Shown in pieces: positions 1 to 11,745 of a stretch of DNA of 62,000 nucleotides. Both the position numbers and the translations under genes were made by a program. Source of the stretch: Wallemia ichthyophaga EXF-994. Lineage: Eukaryota > Fungi > Basidiomycota. A model generated the notes under the pieces. The model was not told the origin of the DNA. It worked only from the letters and a program-made list of their open reading frames with translations, and did no database searches. The number at the start of each line of letters is the position of its first letter. The first letter of the stretch is position 1. The DNA lies in the NCBI RefSeq assembly GCF_000400465.1, contig NW_008806275.1:60001-122000 (forward strand), written 5' to 3'.

Positions 1-552
1 ATGAGCAGTGGGAAAAGTGAGAGCAGCCCAGTGACAGTGCATGGTAGGTGGAATTTGTCATCATAGTCTGCTCCTGCTTAAGTTTATGCAGTCTTGGATA
101 CAGTTTCTGGTAAGCCGGCGCAGGGGATAACAGTTGAAATCAGCGACGCGTCCAAGAATACAATGGGCATTGAGTGAGCAGTGTGACATAGTTACCAGTT
201 TTACTCACTAAAATTGTCCAGAAAAACAAATGAAAATGGTCGCTGCGATACCATCCTAGAAAAACTCATACAGAATAGACCAGCAAAAGGCGCGTATAAA
301 GCCAGGTTCTATACAGAGGAGTACTGGTCAAAGAAATATACAATACCATTCCATCCGTTTGTCGATGTCAGTATGAGTTTTTACCTTGTGTCTAACTCAC
401 GCTTATCATTGAAGGTTTGGTTCAGTATACTCAACACCAAGGAGCATTATCATGTGAGTCTAGCTTGCTTCTTAGCCGTGCATCCCTTCTGACGCCTTCA
501 GATACCACTGCTCATCACTCCTGCCAGCTACACGACTTACAGGGGATCGTAG
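1..552 (+). CDS. URAH: 5-hydroxyisourate hydrolase (transthyretin-like protein), 5 exons
   Basis: Manual splicing of four GT-AG introns gives MSSGKSESSPVTVHVLDTVSGKPAQG...NENGRC...HYHIPLLITPASYTTYRGS*. The HVLD, GR and C-terminal YRGS signature motifs are present. The ATG is at position 1, so an upstream extension cannot be excluded. Confidence 0.92.
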
Positions 553-632
553 CGTGGCACTTGTGTAAGGTTTTTGTGATGATTCACGTTTATAATGAAT
601 GAAGCGATGGTAATTACAATGCAAGTTTTGGG

Positions 633-2059
633 TTAGTCATTAAGATTGTAGTATATGTTTTTGTCTTGGTAAGGTGTCTGAGTTTGTGAAGAGCGCGATG
701 ATGTGGCAGAGTTAGCAGAGCGTGCGGACATAGGTTGCTGCGCTCTTTTCTCGAGTTTCAGCGGTTTAGTTTGAGTTGGAGGCGTGTTGACTAGAGGTAT
801 TTCCCATTCCCACACTTGAGCCAGCCAAACTGCCAAACGATCAGCAGGGAATTTCTGGCTCGTCTTTTTCACCCAGCTATCTTGGAGGAGTTGAGAAGGC
901 GATGGACGCGTTGCTGGATCTCTATCTAGACATTTTCTCACAAATGCCTTGATGCCAGACGACCATTTGAGACCTATTTCTGGCTCATCTGATAGTTCCG
1001 GTGGTTTGGATAGCGTGATCATATTTATCAGCTCTATCGGGCCCAGAGGCTCTTCGTTGGCTTCTTGGTACGGATATCTGTTCATGGCTACCTCGAGCAG
1101 TGTGAGTCCTAGCGACCAAACATCAGAATTTACTCTGTATCCCTGTCCTTTTGCATCCATTCGTTCAGGCTGAGAAGTGAGCTGTGATTGAGACAAAAGG
1201 TGCAAGAACTCACAGCCATATAGAACTGAGTACCGGTAAATGTCTCTGCTATACTACCTTGGAGTTCTCCAGATACACCAAAGTCACATAGCTTGACTTG
1301 ACCATTCCGCGTGATGACAATGTTCGATGGCTTGATATCTCTGTGAATGATTCTCTTGCTGTGGAGATATTCGAGCCCTCGGAGGACCTATGTGGGGAGT
1401 GAGTAAAGTCATCACTAAGATACCCCACCCACGCTGAAAGCAATGTTCCCGAGTGGCTTCTCGCCAGTCCTTCCCTGTCTCTTACGTATATGTTTGTAGA
1501 TTCTGTCGAGACTGCCACCCTCTGCGTACTCCATGCATACGTCGATTTCCGTGTTTTCTGAAGTTAGATAAGCGCCGTAGTATTTGATAATAGTTGAATG
1601 CTGGCAGTGCTTTAAGAATGATAGCTCACGCAGTAGCTGTTTGTGGATGGCAGGATCCGGGGAAGTTGACATGGATTTCTTAGCCATCACCATATCTGTG
1701 AGCTTATGCTTGACTTTAACGACGGAGCCACCAGCGCCCTCACCAAGTTTATCGATGACAGCGAGATCACGCGGGTTCATGTCGTAATCGTCGCCCAGTG
1801 GTATTTCCAAATCCTGTGGTTTGGGTGGTCGAGGAGGTGGAGCGGGTGCTGCGTAGACTGTCTTGTCGTAGTCGAGATTTGAAGAAGATGGCTGTGATGG
1901 CTGCAATTCTTCATTTGATGGTATGGCTAGCGATAGAGATGGTTTTCGCGCGTCGTGCGTATCCAGCTGATAACTCATCCCAGGAGCGTTATCGAGCTTT
2001 GGTATTTCAAGCTTCGGCATTGGCTTCCTTGATGGCTTCTTCGGAGGTAAGAATGCCAT
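633..2059 (-). CDS. MKK1: MAP kinase kinase, Mkk1/Pek1 (cell-wall integrity) type, 3 exons
   Basis: [17 protein letters not shown], activation loop [15 protein letters not shown] and DVWSLG are all present. [16 protein letters not shown] is Mkk1-like. The N-terminal D-motif is RKPMPKLEI. Confidence 0.88.
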
Positions 2060-2327
2060 CTTTGTGATTTGTTGATTTCTTTTCGTGCTCGAGCTCTTGG
2101 CTGTCGATGGGTGAGGCGGGTGCACACACTCACCACGCACACCGGCCAAGATGGCCGCAGTGTGACTTTTAATCAGTCTCGTGAACCCAACATATATCTT
2201 CTAGAACACATTGCGCGTAAGATGTACACCACCGAGGGAATTACAAGTTAATTATAAATGCTGTTAGTAAATGTTACAAGAATGTTTTGATATTTGTTTG
2301 TTGTATTTGCTGCATTCGCAAGATATC

Positions 2328-2770
2328 TCAGTACCTCCTCGTGGACTGCGCGTGTGCATAGCTAACGCGTATTCTTCTACCGTCCTATGATTGAGATTAG
2401 AGTGCTCTCAGCTACTCACAAGGAAATACTCACCAACTCAACCTCATTCATACTCTCAAGCGCACTGAGCGCCTCCTTGTCGTTTGCGTATGTCACAAAG
2501 CCAAATCCTCTGGATCGGCCAGTAGATCTGTCTTTCATTACGACGTAGTCCTGTATTTGACCAAATGGACTGAATGCCTGGTCTTAGCGTAAGTACGGTG
2601 GGTACGGTGAGTACGCTAACGACGCTAACGACGATGACGTCTTATTTCACCCACTTGCACAAGCCCTTCATCGCCCGTGTTCCAGCTGAGATTTGCTGAT
2701 ATCCGCTGTCAGCCTACATGCTATTCTTCACGCTTTACTGACAAATGTAGATTTTTGAGTTTTCGGACAT
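2328..2770 (-). CDS. Single-RRM RNA-binding protein (GRP/CIRBP-like RRM, no Gly-rich tail), 4 exons
   Basis: Spliced translation [92 protein letters not shown]2 is IYISNL and RNP1 is RGFGFVTY. Absent from the ORF track. Confidence 0.9.
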
Positions 2771-2931
2771 CGTGGGGAAAGTCTAAGGAAGTCTAACGGA
2801 TGAAATTAAGTCATTATCATATACAATTGCTCTATTCTTATTCTATGGCTTGTCGATAGGTTGTTGAAGTTTTTGAGGTTGTTAACGTTGTTTGTTTGCT
2901 TGTTTTGTTTGTTGCTAATCAATTGCGCCGT

Positions 2932-4145
2932 CTATGCTTTGTCTATCCGATTGAGAAAATCTTTGACCAATTCATAAGTATAGAAAGATACTCCAATACT
3001 CGGCGCCACTGCATTTGTCAATTTATACACTCGAATCGTTTATCACTGTGACCCACCTAGATTTTATTAGCAGATGTAGGAAGATTTTCAGCTCATCTCA
3101 AACACACACCTTTCATCCAATTGGCAACTATACCTCTATATAAGCCCTTGACACTGTTTTTGAGAGTAATTAGGCATGCTTTATCGCAAAATACCCCACT
3201 CACCCCTCTGATTTGACAATATGTCTCACAGCATCGATCGATCCGTCGTATTTGAGTCCGAATATACCATTAACTTGCATCTTCCGTCTGAGGACGTCGC
3301 AGGGGTATCTGAAGAAGAAAGACGAGTGAGCATGTCTATGCGCAAGCTCACACCCTAACCCACGTGATTGTCTGAGATATCGTTCCAGAAACGGCGCCAA
3401 TAAGTAGCGTCATACAGCGATTACTTTCTACAGGCACATAAGGCTTGAGTGCTTCGTATATAGCGAATGAGCAGCCGACATAAGGAGCGATACCGGCACA
3501 TGACACCACTGAGCCACGATAGAGTGCTCTAATACCACCCTCTTCATAGTAGACCTTCTTTCCCATGCCCAAAATGCCTAATTGAGCATCACGGCGCGAT
3601 GATTCGAGACCGAGACTGGCAGTTGCGATCGATAGTCTCGAGCGGACGAGATCTAGTGGGTATGTAGCAGTAACTGATGCACAGCCTGCTATTGCACCTG
3701 CTGATAATCTCTCTAGATTACTCAGATGTGCGTCTTTCCTCCCGCCGCCGAGAAAGACCTTGACAACCTCGTATGTAGAGAATTGTATTCCTGAGTAGGG
3801 GAATATGCGCAGACAGTTGAGATAGTTGCCGCGGTAGAAGCCTTTGAAACCTTCTTCTGTGTACATCTTCAAAAGTGAGGGCCAGAATCGAGTGTACTCT
3901 GAATTCGACTGGACTTGTTGAAGTATCTTGAGCCTCTCCATTGGACTAACAGCTGTGCGGGAAGCTGCACCACTGATTCCACCTGCTAGCAACCACTCCA
4001 TGATCTTCCTCGACTGGAGATGCGTAGGGGTTGTCGTTGTGGTTTTGCTGGTGTTGTTGAGATTACTACTATTACTGCCACTATTTCCACCATTCAAATT
4101 ACCACTCTGTTCCCCGCTTTCCCCGCGTAGATCACTATAAGCCAT
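2932..4145 (-). CDS. Mitochondrial carrier (SLC25; SLC25A42/YPR011C-like)
   Basis: Three Px[DE]xx[KR] repeats (PMERLK, PLDLVR, PCDVLR). The C-terminus after splicing is GLYRGIVANWMKVAPSIGVSFYTYE. The subfamily call is from memory of motifs. Confidence 0.88.
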
Positions 4146-4232
4146 TCTCAATGATTGAACTAAAGATAGCAGATATATACCGAAAGAGCAACGAAATGTT
4201 TAAATTTTCAAATACAGTCTATGTTAATCACT

Positions 4233-5636
4233 TTATAGCATATTCCTCAAACTCGTTGTGAAAGCCTTTGGTGAGCCACCTGCCTCGGTAAACTTGGAAA
4301 GGAGCAATTCATCCGACATTGGATATGACAAGCCGAGAGTCTTGCCGAGAGATTCGAACACACCGACGGCTTCGGCGAAGGAGAGCTTGTTCATTTCTAC
4401 CAATTTGAGACCTTGGGAGTTATTGAGATGGTTTACGTTCCATTTGTGAAATGGATTAACTGGCTTCTGAGGCTGCAATCCAAGTTGAGCGAGGAGTAAA
4501 GGTGGTATCTGCATGCTTGTAGGAGTGCTGGAGGTTGCTGCGACTATAGCACCCTTGCTGAACTGCTGTCTACCACTAATCAATTCGAGAAGTTTTGCGG
4601 TTACGGATAGTTGGTAGGGTTGAAGCTTGTTGAAATGCTGGTCTCTGTATAAGGTGGGTTGATAGAGTGCTTGGAGTGAGTCAATGGCAAGGAGTGTTGG
4701 GTAGGTGGACTGCTTGTTGAGTTCTGCGAAGACACCTTCAAAAACTTCAACAGCGCTTTGTTCAGATTTTGATGGATGCATGCAGAGATTGTATAGACTG
4801 TCATCCTTTTTCACTTGAGCGTAATCCTGTGAGATTTTAACATTTACGAGCTTGTCCTTATTTGATTCAGCGAATGATCTGAGCAAAGAAGCTGAGAGTG
4901 CTGGCTGTGACCAGATAGAGTTGCTTTGAGAAGGAGGCAGATAGTCATAGCTGCTGTCGACCAAGTGTTGAGAGTTTGGTATGTAAATGACCAGATAACC
5001 CGATTGCTGGGCGTAGACGACAGACTGGAGGAGAGAGATGGATCTGCCGCTGCCAGCGTCACCGTGAAGAACGAGTCTGGTGTCTTTGCTGGGGCTATTG
5101 GCAGCCTTGTCCAGATAGTCGATAGATTTCAGTGTAGAAGCGCGAATAACGGCGTGTGGTTGTGTTTGAGCGTCGAACTCTCTAGCCAGGGTAGGTGGGA
5201 TACCCGTGTGCTTGATAAAGCTTAGATCGTTCTTTGTAAATTTCAAGGGAGAACCGAGTGAAGATTGAGTGAGGCGTTCTGGGAGGAAATCTGACATGAA
5301 TGAGAGGTCTGGCTGAGGACCCTGAAGCTTCTCGTAGCGGGCTGTATTGGTGTGTGTCTGTGCTGTTGTCAGCTGAGTATATATGAGATTCGAGGAAACA
5401 CACCTCAGTCTTCATTTTACCGCCGCCTTTATTCTTCTTAGTAAAGCTGTTAGACGCCTTTCTTGGGGCTAAAAGATGTAAGAGAGATGATCTAGCTGCA
5501 GTGCACTCCACTTACGCTGTGCCTTCTGGCCCTTCTTTGGTGGGAGATGTATTGAAGGCGTGCTGGTGAATTGCCTAACGCCTGTGAAGAGAGTATTCCT
5601 GGCTGATCTCTGTGCCATATGCGCCATCTGTGCCAT
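4233..5636 (-). CDS. RSM23: Mitochondrial small ribosomal subunit protein mS29/DAP3/Rsm23, 3 exons
   Basis: Degenerate P-loop LHGDAGSGRS, LLAIDSLQ Walker-B-like motif and a GGSPK C-terminus. Two upstream exons encode an Arg-rich presequence (MAQMAHMAQRSARNTLFTGVRQFTST). Confidence 0.82.
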
Positions 5637-5765
5637 TGTACTTTATATCTTCTATTTCCGAGATGGTGGTCGTAATCGGTCAAGGAGATGGACGCATCTT
5701 GTTCACAAACTACCAACACCAAATTCTAAATTCAAATCCCGAGTCGACTGATAGTCCTCATTGCA

Positions 5766-6959
5766 ATGTCCAAGCCTGAAGTTCTCCCAATTAATTTCTC
5801 TGTCCCCGTTTCCGCGTACTCGTTCAACGCTGACAGATCAAAACTCGCTGTCTCCCCAAACAGCAACGTTCTCCAGATCTACGACAAGTCCCCCGCTGGC
5901 TGGTCTCTCTCGGCCGAGCTCAAGGAACACGACAAGCTCATCACTTCCATCGACTGGGCTCCACACTCCAACAGAATCGTCAGCTGTGCTCAAGACCGCA
6001 ACGCTTACGTTTGGTCTCTCCACGCCAATCAATGGAAGCCTACTCTCGTACTCCTGCGTATAAACAGAGCTGCCACTTACGTCAGGTGGTCTCCCTTGGA
6101 GAATAAGTTCGCTGTCGCTTCAGGTGCACGCGCGATCGCCGTATGCTCATTCGACGCTGAATCTGATTGGTGGGTAGCCAAGCACATAAAGAAACCTCTT
6201 CGCTCTACCGTGTTGTCCATCGACTGGCACCCAAACAACGTCCTCTTGGTTGCCGGTTCTGCTGATGCCAAAGCCCGGGTATTCTCAGCCTACATCAAGG
6301 ACGTCGACTCAAAGCCATCACCCAGTGTGTGGGGTGAGCGTCTTCCTTTCAACACTATCTGCGGCGAGTACTCCTCTCCTGCTGGTGGTTGGGTGCACAG
6401 TGTAGCCTTCTCTCCCTCCGGCAATGCCATTGCATTTGCCAGCCACGATTCCAATCTTAGCATTATATACCCCACAGGCGTCGACAATCCGCCTTCTGTG
6501 TTCAACGTCCGCTTGACTTCGCTGCCCCACGCTTCACTCACTTTCCTCACCGAGGACAGCATTGTCGGGGCTGGATACGATTGTCAGCCTATGCTCTACC
6601 AACTCGTCAACAACAACAGCTGGCAATTTGTCAAATCTCTCGACGACGCAACGGGCGCAGCTAACCAACCTAAAGCTGGTGTATCCGGTAGACTGAACAA
6701 CACCGCCTTTAACGCTTTCAAGGCGGCAGATAGCATGGGCGCTACTGCTGGCATGACTGGCGTTGGCACGGGTGATACCGTCCTCACAACCGTTCACCAA
6801 AACACTATCACCGCCGTTAACCCTTTCGCAGGTGCTCCCGGTCACCTCACTCACGTATCCACCGCTGGTATTGACGGGAAGATCGTCATTTGGGATATTA
6901 ACTCTGGCGGCGCTGGTGTAGCTGGTCTTGTTAAGGAAACCTCCCAAATGGGTTTGTGA
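5766..6959 (+). CDS. ARC40: Arp2/3 complex subunit 1 (ARPC1/Arc40), WD40, intronless
   Basis: HDKLITSIDWAP, WKPTLVLLRINRAAT, FAVASGAR, WWVAKHIKKPLRSTV and HQNTIT motifs. Confidence 0.95.
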   Translation: MSKPEVLPINFSVPVSAYSFNADRSKLAVSPNSNVLQIYDKSPAGWSLSAELKEHDKLITSIDWAPHSNRIVSCAQDRNAYVWSLHANQWKPTLVLLRINRAATYVRWSPLENKFAVASGARAIAVCSFDAESDWWVAKHIKKPLRSTVLSIDWHPNNVLLVAGSADAKARVFSAYIKDVDSKPSPSVWGERLPFNTICGEYSSPAGGWVHSVAFSPSGNAIAFASHDSNLSIIYPTGVDNPPSVFNVRLTSLPHASLTFLTEDSIVGAGYDCQPMLYQLVNNNSWQFVKSLDDATGAANQPKAGVSGRLNNTAFNAFKAADSMGATAGMTGVGTGDTVLTTVHQNTITAVNPFAGAPGHLTHVSTAGIDGKIVIWDINSGGAGVAGLVKETSQMGL

Positions 6960-7078
6960 GGTCGGCTAGATGATAAATGAATGTTGATATTTTCTTTACA
7001 TTTGTTGATTAGCTGATTACTTTGTCTATATCCCACAATACAGTGTTACATCGGGGGTGTTAATATGAGGTCTTACCC

Positions 7079-8090
7079 TCAGTTGCGCTCTATGGTATCA
7101 CACTCGTTGGCCTTTCGCTGAATTTCTCCACGTGGGTCAATTAAAAGTGCGCATATATAGAAGGATACTCACGACGGAGCGTTTGGAGGTAAAAGACTCG
7201 TTGTCGATGCTCTCATCTCCTTCTTGTCGCTTAGGTGGACTAAACGAGTGTTTGTCGTCCGAGTAGCGAGGCAGGGGTGTTTCTGAACGCGACCCGAGCG
7301 GCTCTTTGCGCGACTTATAGCGATCGTAGATCTTTTCCAGTCCGCTAAGGAATATTTTACTTTTGCTGAATGTGCCACCGCCCTGGGTACTATTCGAGCT
7401 ACTCTTGGCATTCGTGCCATCTTCGCCGCCGCGTGGACCGACGAAAGACCAGCTTGTCTGATCACGCATTTCGCGGGAGACTTTGCGTGACTTGCTGCAT
7501 TTGGCTGTAAGTTGAGCAATCCAGCTGAAAGGGGGTGGGAGGACGCTACACCAAGCGTCAATCGAGCACATGCTGCGCGCCTCCTTGACCTTAGTCCCGA
7601 AAAGCCCGAGGAGGAGGTTGATGCAGGCGACTATAGCGAGTGCATAGAGACCAACAAGCGCACTCTTGCGCGTCTGCCTTTGTGAAAGGCCGGTGAACAC
7701 CACACTCACCTCCCACAACGCGGCGAAAAGGAGACCATACTCACTCCCAATGAGGGGAATATGCGTGGAGAAGGCACTGTTGTACACCTCACTCAATGCG
7801 AGAATCCAGCATTGGGTGAAGAGGCAGAGGTGGGTGAGGAGACTCCAGACGGGTCCCATGAAGTGGGTGGGTATGTCTGTGCCGTCCGAGTAGCCGTTCG
7901 TACCGTCGATCCCACTCACCCAGGTATCTACATGCTTCGACTGCACAATTGTTTCAATTAGCTGCGTCACGGCGACCAGCACCAGCACACCTATCGTGAG
8001 CAGTCTGAGCATATTGAGCGCAATTCTGATTGGTCCTTCAAGAAGCATTTCCTGGCTCGGTATCTGTTGTATTCTATCTGATGAGTGCAA
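7079..8090 (-). CDS. Hypothetical multi-pass membrane protein (about 4 TM)
   Basis: 317-aa ORF with hydrophobic segments. A probable GTGAGT intron near the 3' end is followed by a short last exon ending at 7079. Confidence 0.65.
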
Positions 8091-8502
8091 GTGTGCGTGT
8101 GTGCGTGTTTTAGACGAGCCAGCGTCTGGAATAACTTAGCAGATGATTAGCGTTGGTGGCAGACTAACGAGGAATTACGCGTCAGCTTTACCGCCTTTCT
8201 CTCCTCAAAAACCCCCATTGTTTGGAGAACAATGAATTTTACGCAGGAACACAGGTACCACTGTACGCAAAGGTGTGTATATTTAAACGTCTGGAATCAG
8301 CCTGGAGAGGTTTTGGAGGGGTTGCTCGGGTGTATTGACTCGGTGTTGAGTGTCTCGCTTTTCGGCGCTTCTGCTAGGCACCAGTTTGCAGCGAGCCAGC
8401 CGAGCAAAGAGGACGGGACTATGCGGATAAATTTCTGCAACTATCAGGGCATACACGCAGCTACACAGCTATACAACTCATAGATAGAATAGTGCACCGA
8501 CG

Positions 8503-8870
8503 TCATCCCCTTCCTCTCGACAGCCATCTACTTGATTTTGAAATACAGAAAATGCTGAGGATAGGTGCACTCAGAAGCAGCGCAAGATTGTAAGCATATT
8601 CAAACTCAGTTGGTACAAGTCCCCTGAGCATACGATTCACACGATTCAGATACTCCACGAGCAAAGACAAGTTCAGCGCACCGATCGTAGAGTCGTTGAA
8701 AGGTGAGTGGCGCAGGAACACGCTAGTACTCGACGCAAACTCGCAACACGTCAGGCGGAACAGCACTCGAGGAGCCTACACCCGGAATAGCCCCACATGA
8801 AAATGCACAGGACGCGCGAGAGGCCAAGGAAGACACCCCAGCTGGACCCACTCTCGCCGACGTCGAGCAT
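8503..8870 (-). CDS. Hypothetical small membrane protein, 2 exons (start uncertain)
   Basis: Two hydrophobic ORFs join in frame through a GT-AG intron at 8781..8723 with a CTGAC branch. No family recognised. Confidence 0.35.
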
Positions 8871-9035
8871 CTTTCTCCAGAAGACCTCGGTGGCGGTGAA
8901 GTGGGTGAGAGAGCTCTGGGAGATAAGGGCCAGCAGAAGGATAAATAGGGGTGAGAGCGAGAATGTTGCACAAGTCAATTTGCATGTATTTAAAGGATTT
9001 CAAGCTATCACAAGCTATAGTAAGCTAGCACAATT

Positions 9036-9935
9036 CTAGAACTTGAACACCTTCTCTATTGGCACACCAAGCTGTGCAAGTGCACCGCTGATCTCTCCTT
9101 GCGAACCATCCTGTGCTTTGTTGCCCGAGATAGCCTCCATCTGCGGAGGTGGTCCACACACGAATATCTGATAAGCACGTCAGCCACGCTACTCAGGATA
9201 CTCAGGCTACCCAATCTACACTCACTTTGTAATTGTCAGTGTCCTTGATTTGATCTGCTATCAGATCCTTGTTGATAAAGCCATGCAAGCCATCCCAGCT
9301 GCCATCTGGCTGATCGACCGTGTACACAACTCTGAAGCGCTTCGCATGCTTCTTTTCCATCTCGTTAAACTCCTCACGCAGGAGAATATCCCCAGGCGTT
9401 TTATTACCGTAAAGGAGCGTGAAACATGTCTTGTCGTGTGCGTCATCTAACGAGTGAAGGAGTTGCTGATAGAGTGGAGTTATACCTGCGAGTGGAATAT
9501 GAGTTTGAGGATATGCTCTGCTCTTCACCCACCTGAGCCACCACCAATCAAGATAACCCTATCCCAAGTATTTGGCTCATACTGGATTTTTGTTATTTGT
9601 TTGCCTATGTCGACGTGATCACCAGGCTGCAATGAGTGGAGGTGGGGCGTCATCTTGCCATCCTCATAACGCTTGATGGTGAATTCAATCTCTCCGCGCC
9701 TGTCAACCTCGCTCGTCGGCGTGTAGGGACGCATGATTGGATTCTTCATCCCTGGCTTGTGCCACCTCATCATGGTAATCGCATTGACGTTGAGACCGCA
9801 GTAGCTGTCTGGAGATGACAGAGCAAAGGTGAAACGCTTGACGTCGTGGTTTACTTGTTGGGTGCGGATAAGACGGTGTGGCTGGAATCCATCGGCTTTG
9901 AGACCATTCGCTGGCTGTGGAGATTTGTAGACCAT
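9036..9935 (-). CDS. NADH-cytochrome b5 reductase (Mcr1-like), 3 exons
   Basis: RPYTP FAD motif, GGSG|ITP NAD motif, LLYGNKT, and last exon IFVCGPPPQMEAISGNK...SQGEISGALAQLG...VFKF*. Confidence 0.9.
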
Positions 9936-10419
9936 CTGTTGTACTCGAGTAAATCTAATCGTGGTGGATTGAGTTCAAGGAGAATGACTGCCCGAGAAAT
10001 CACACTTGTTCAAAATTGAGCGTATTGAGAGATGAGTAGGTGCATGTTATGCACTGAGCCTCATTGAGTATATCAGTGTACTCATCTCTGCAATTTTGGA
10101 TGAAAATCCCAGCCACTATCAATTGTGGGCATTCGGGCCCTCTTAATTAAGCACGACAAACACGATTAAGAAGAAGAGGAAGAAACGGCACACAAGATTA
10201 GCGCAGAGTACTAGATTAAATTGTTATCAGTACAGCCAGCGCATTTATAGTCACATCGATTTGCCACCAGCAACCAGCCACTAGTCACCAGCCACCGGCA
10301 TAGCGATAATGTTCTCAATCCAAGCTGCATCTGCAGCTTTACTTTAAGTGGTTATCTATCACGGTTATTGTCCTCACTTTGAATTTATTTGAAATATTCA
10401 AAGTTAGGAACTCTTTAAA

Positions 10420-11543
10420 ATGACAGAAATCTGGCATTATCAGAATTCGAGCCACAATTCAAACTACAATTCACCAGCCTCAACGTCCTCTTCAGTTCAC
10501 TCCAACCACTCCAACCACTCGTCCCAGTACAACACCTCTCCAACCTCCTACGATAACAACTCGTCGAATGAGTACCTCCCCAGACTACAATCCCTCTCTT
10601 TGGATGCTCCCAAAGCTCCAGTCGCACAGCCACTTCCCACTCCACCAACCGCCTCTTCCGCTAGAGGCACTAAACGTTGCAGATCATCCTCATATGCCTC
10701 GGACAGCTCACAGGGCAGCTTCTCGGCTAGCCCCTCTGACGATCTAGTTGCTCGTGAAAGGAAATCTTTTGCTGACGGTCTCATTGGTAAGTTTTTATTA
10801 CCATTCGAGGTCAGTGTTGATTTAGTCATTTCATTCTAGACACCGCCGTATTCACCGTTGAAGCTATATGGAAATGTCCCTTACCTGAAGATCCTAGTCC
10901 TAGATCCATCGAAGATTCTCAACTGCCTTTGAAGTGCTTTATTAGGGAGACCCTGCGCAGATCCAAGACATCGTCGCATATCCTCCAAGTTGCACTCTTT
11001 TACTTGTTCAAAATTAGAGATAAAGTGAAATGCAGACGAGCCGAAGCTGCTCAGATGTTGTGCGGCAACCAGGTTGAAACATGCGAAGACAGTCTCCTCT
11101 GCGGGAGGAGAACGTTCCTCTCAGCACTGATCCTATCAAACAAGTATCTCTCGGAACGGAATTACAGCAATCGTGCGTGGTCGAAAATGTCAGGTTTGAC
11201 TGCAAACGAGATAAGCTCGAATGAGAGAGCTTTCTTGATACTGATAAGCTACGATTTGAACGTGTCTGAGTCGACATGGAGACGTTGGGTGGCGTTTCTC
11301 GGTACGTTGGTGGACAAGCAAGCCAAGTTACCACAGACATCCCAATCAGAAGACGTTGATGATGAGAGAAGCTGCAAACGCACTTGTCTGCAGACTTCGC
11401 CGTCCGGTTCGAATACTGCCACACCGAAGCCATCGTCAACTAGACTGAATGAGCAGGTTTCACAGGGCGTGGAATCATATAGTAGCAAGGTCAGTTGGGA
11501 GGGTGTTAAAGCAGCTTCAGCCTCGAGTACAGCAGCAGTATAG
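10420..11543 (+). CDS. Pho85-type cyclin (Pcl/Clg1 family), 2 exons
   Basis: GLIDTAVFTVEAIW across the intron. The cyclin box is ETLRRSKTS...CGRRTFLSALILSNKYLSERNYSNRAWSKMSGL. Confidence 0.85.
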
Positions 11544-11745
11544 ATTCTTTTCATTGGGTTTTATCTATTTTATCTCAACTTCACATTATCTAGCCGGGTT
11601 AATAGTGAGTACTATGTGCAGCTTATTTTCTATGTCTATCACAAATAATGTTGTAAAAACGAAATTTATTTCAATTTAGATTTTCATTTTAGCAGCCACA
11701 CACTAAAGTCACTCCAACTTGTACTATCGCGAGGTGACGCGTGAA

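Noticed and set aside
9015-9038. Possible readthrough extension of b5 reductase ending SLL (cryptic PTS1)
   Set aside because: The TAG-AAT context is not leaky and SLL is a poor PTS1.
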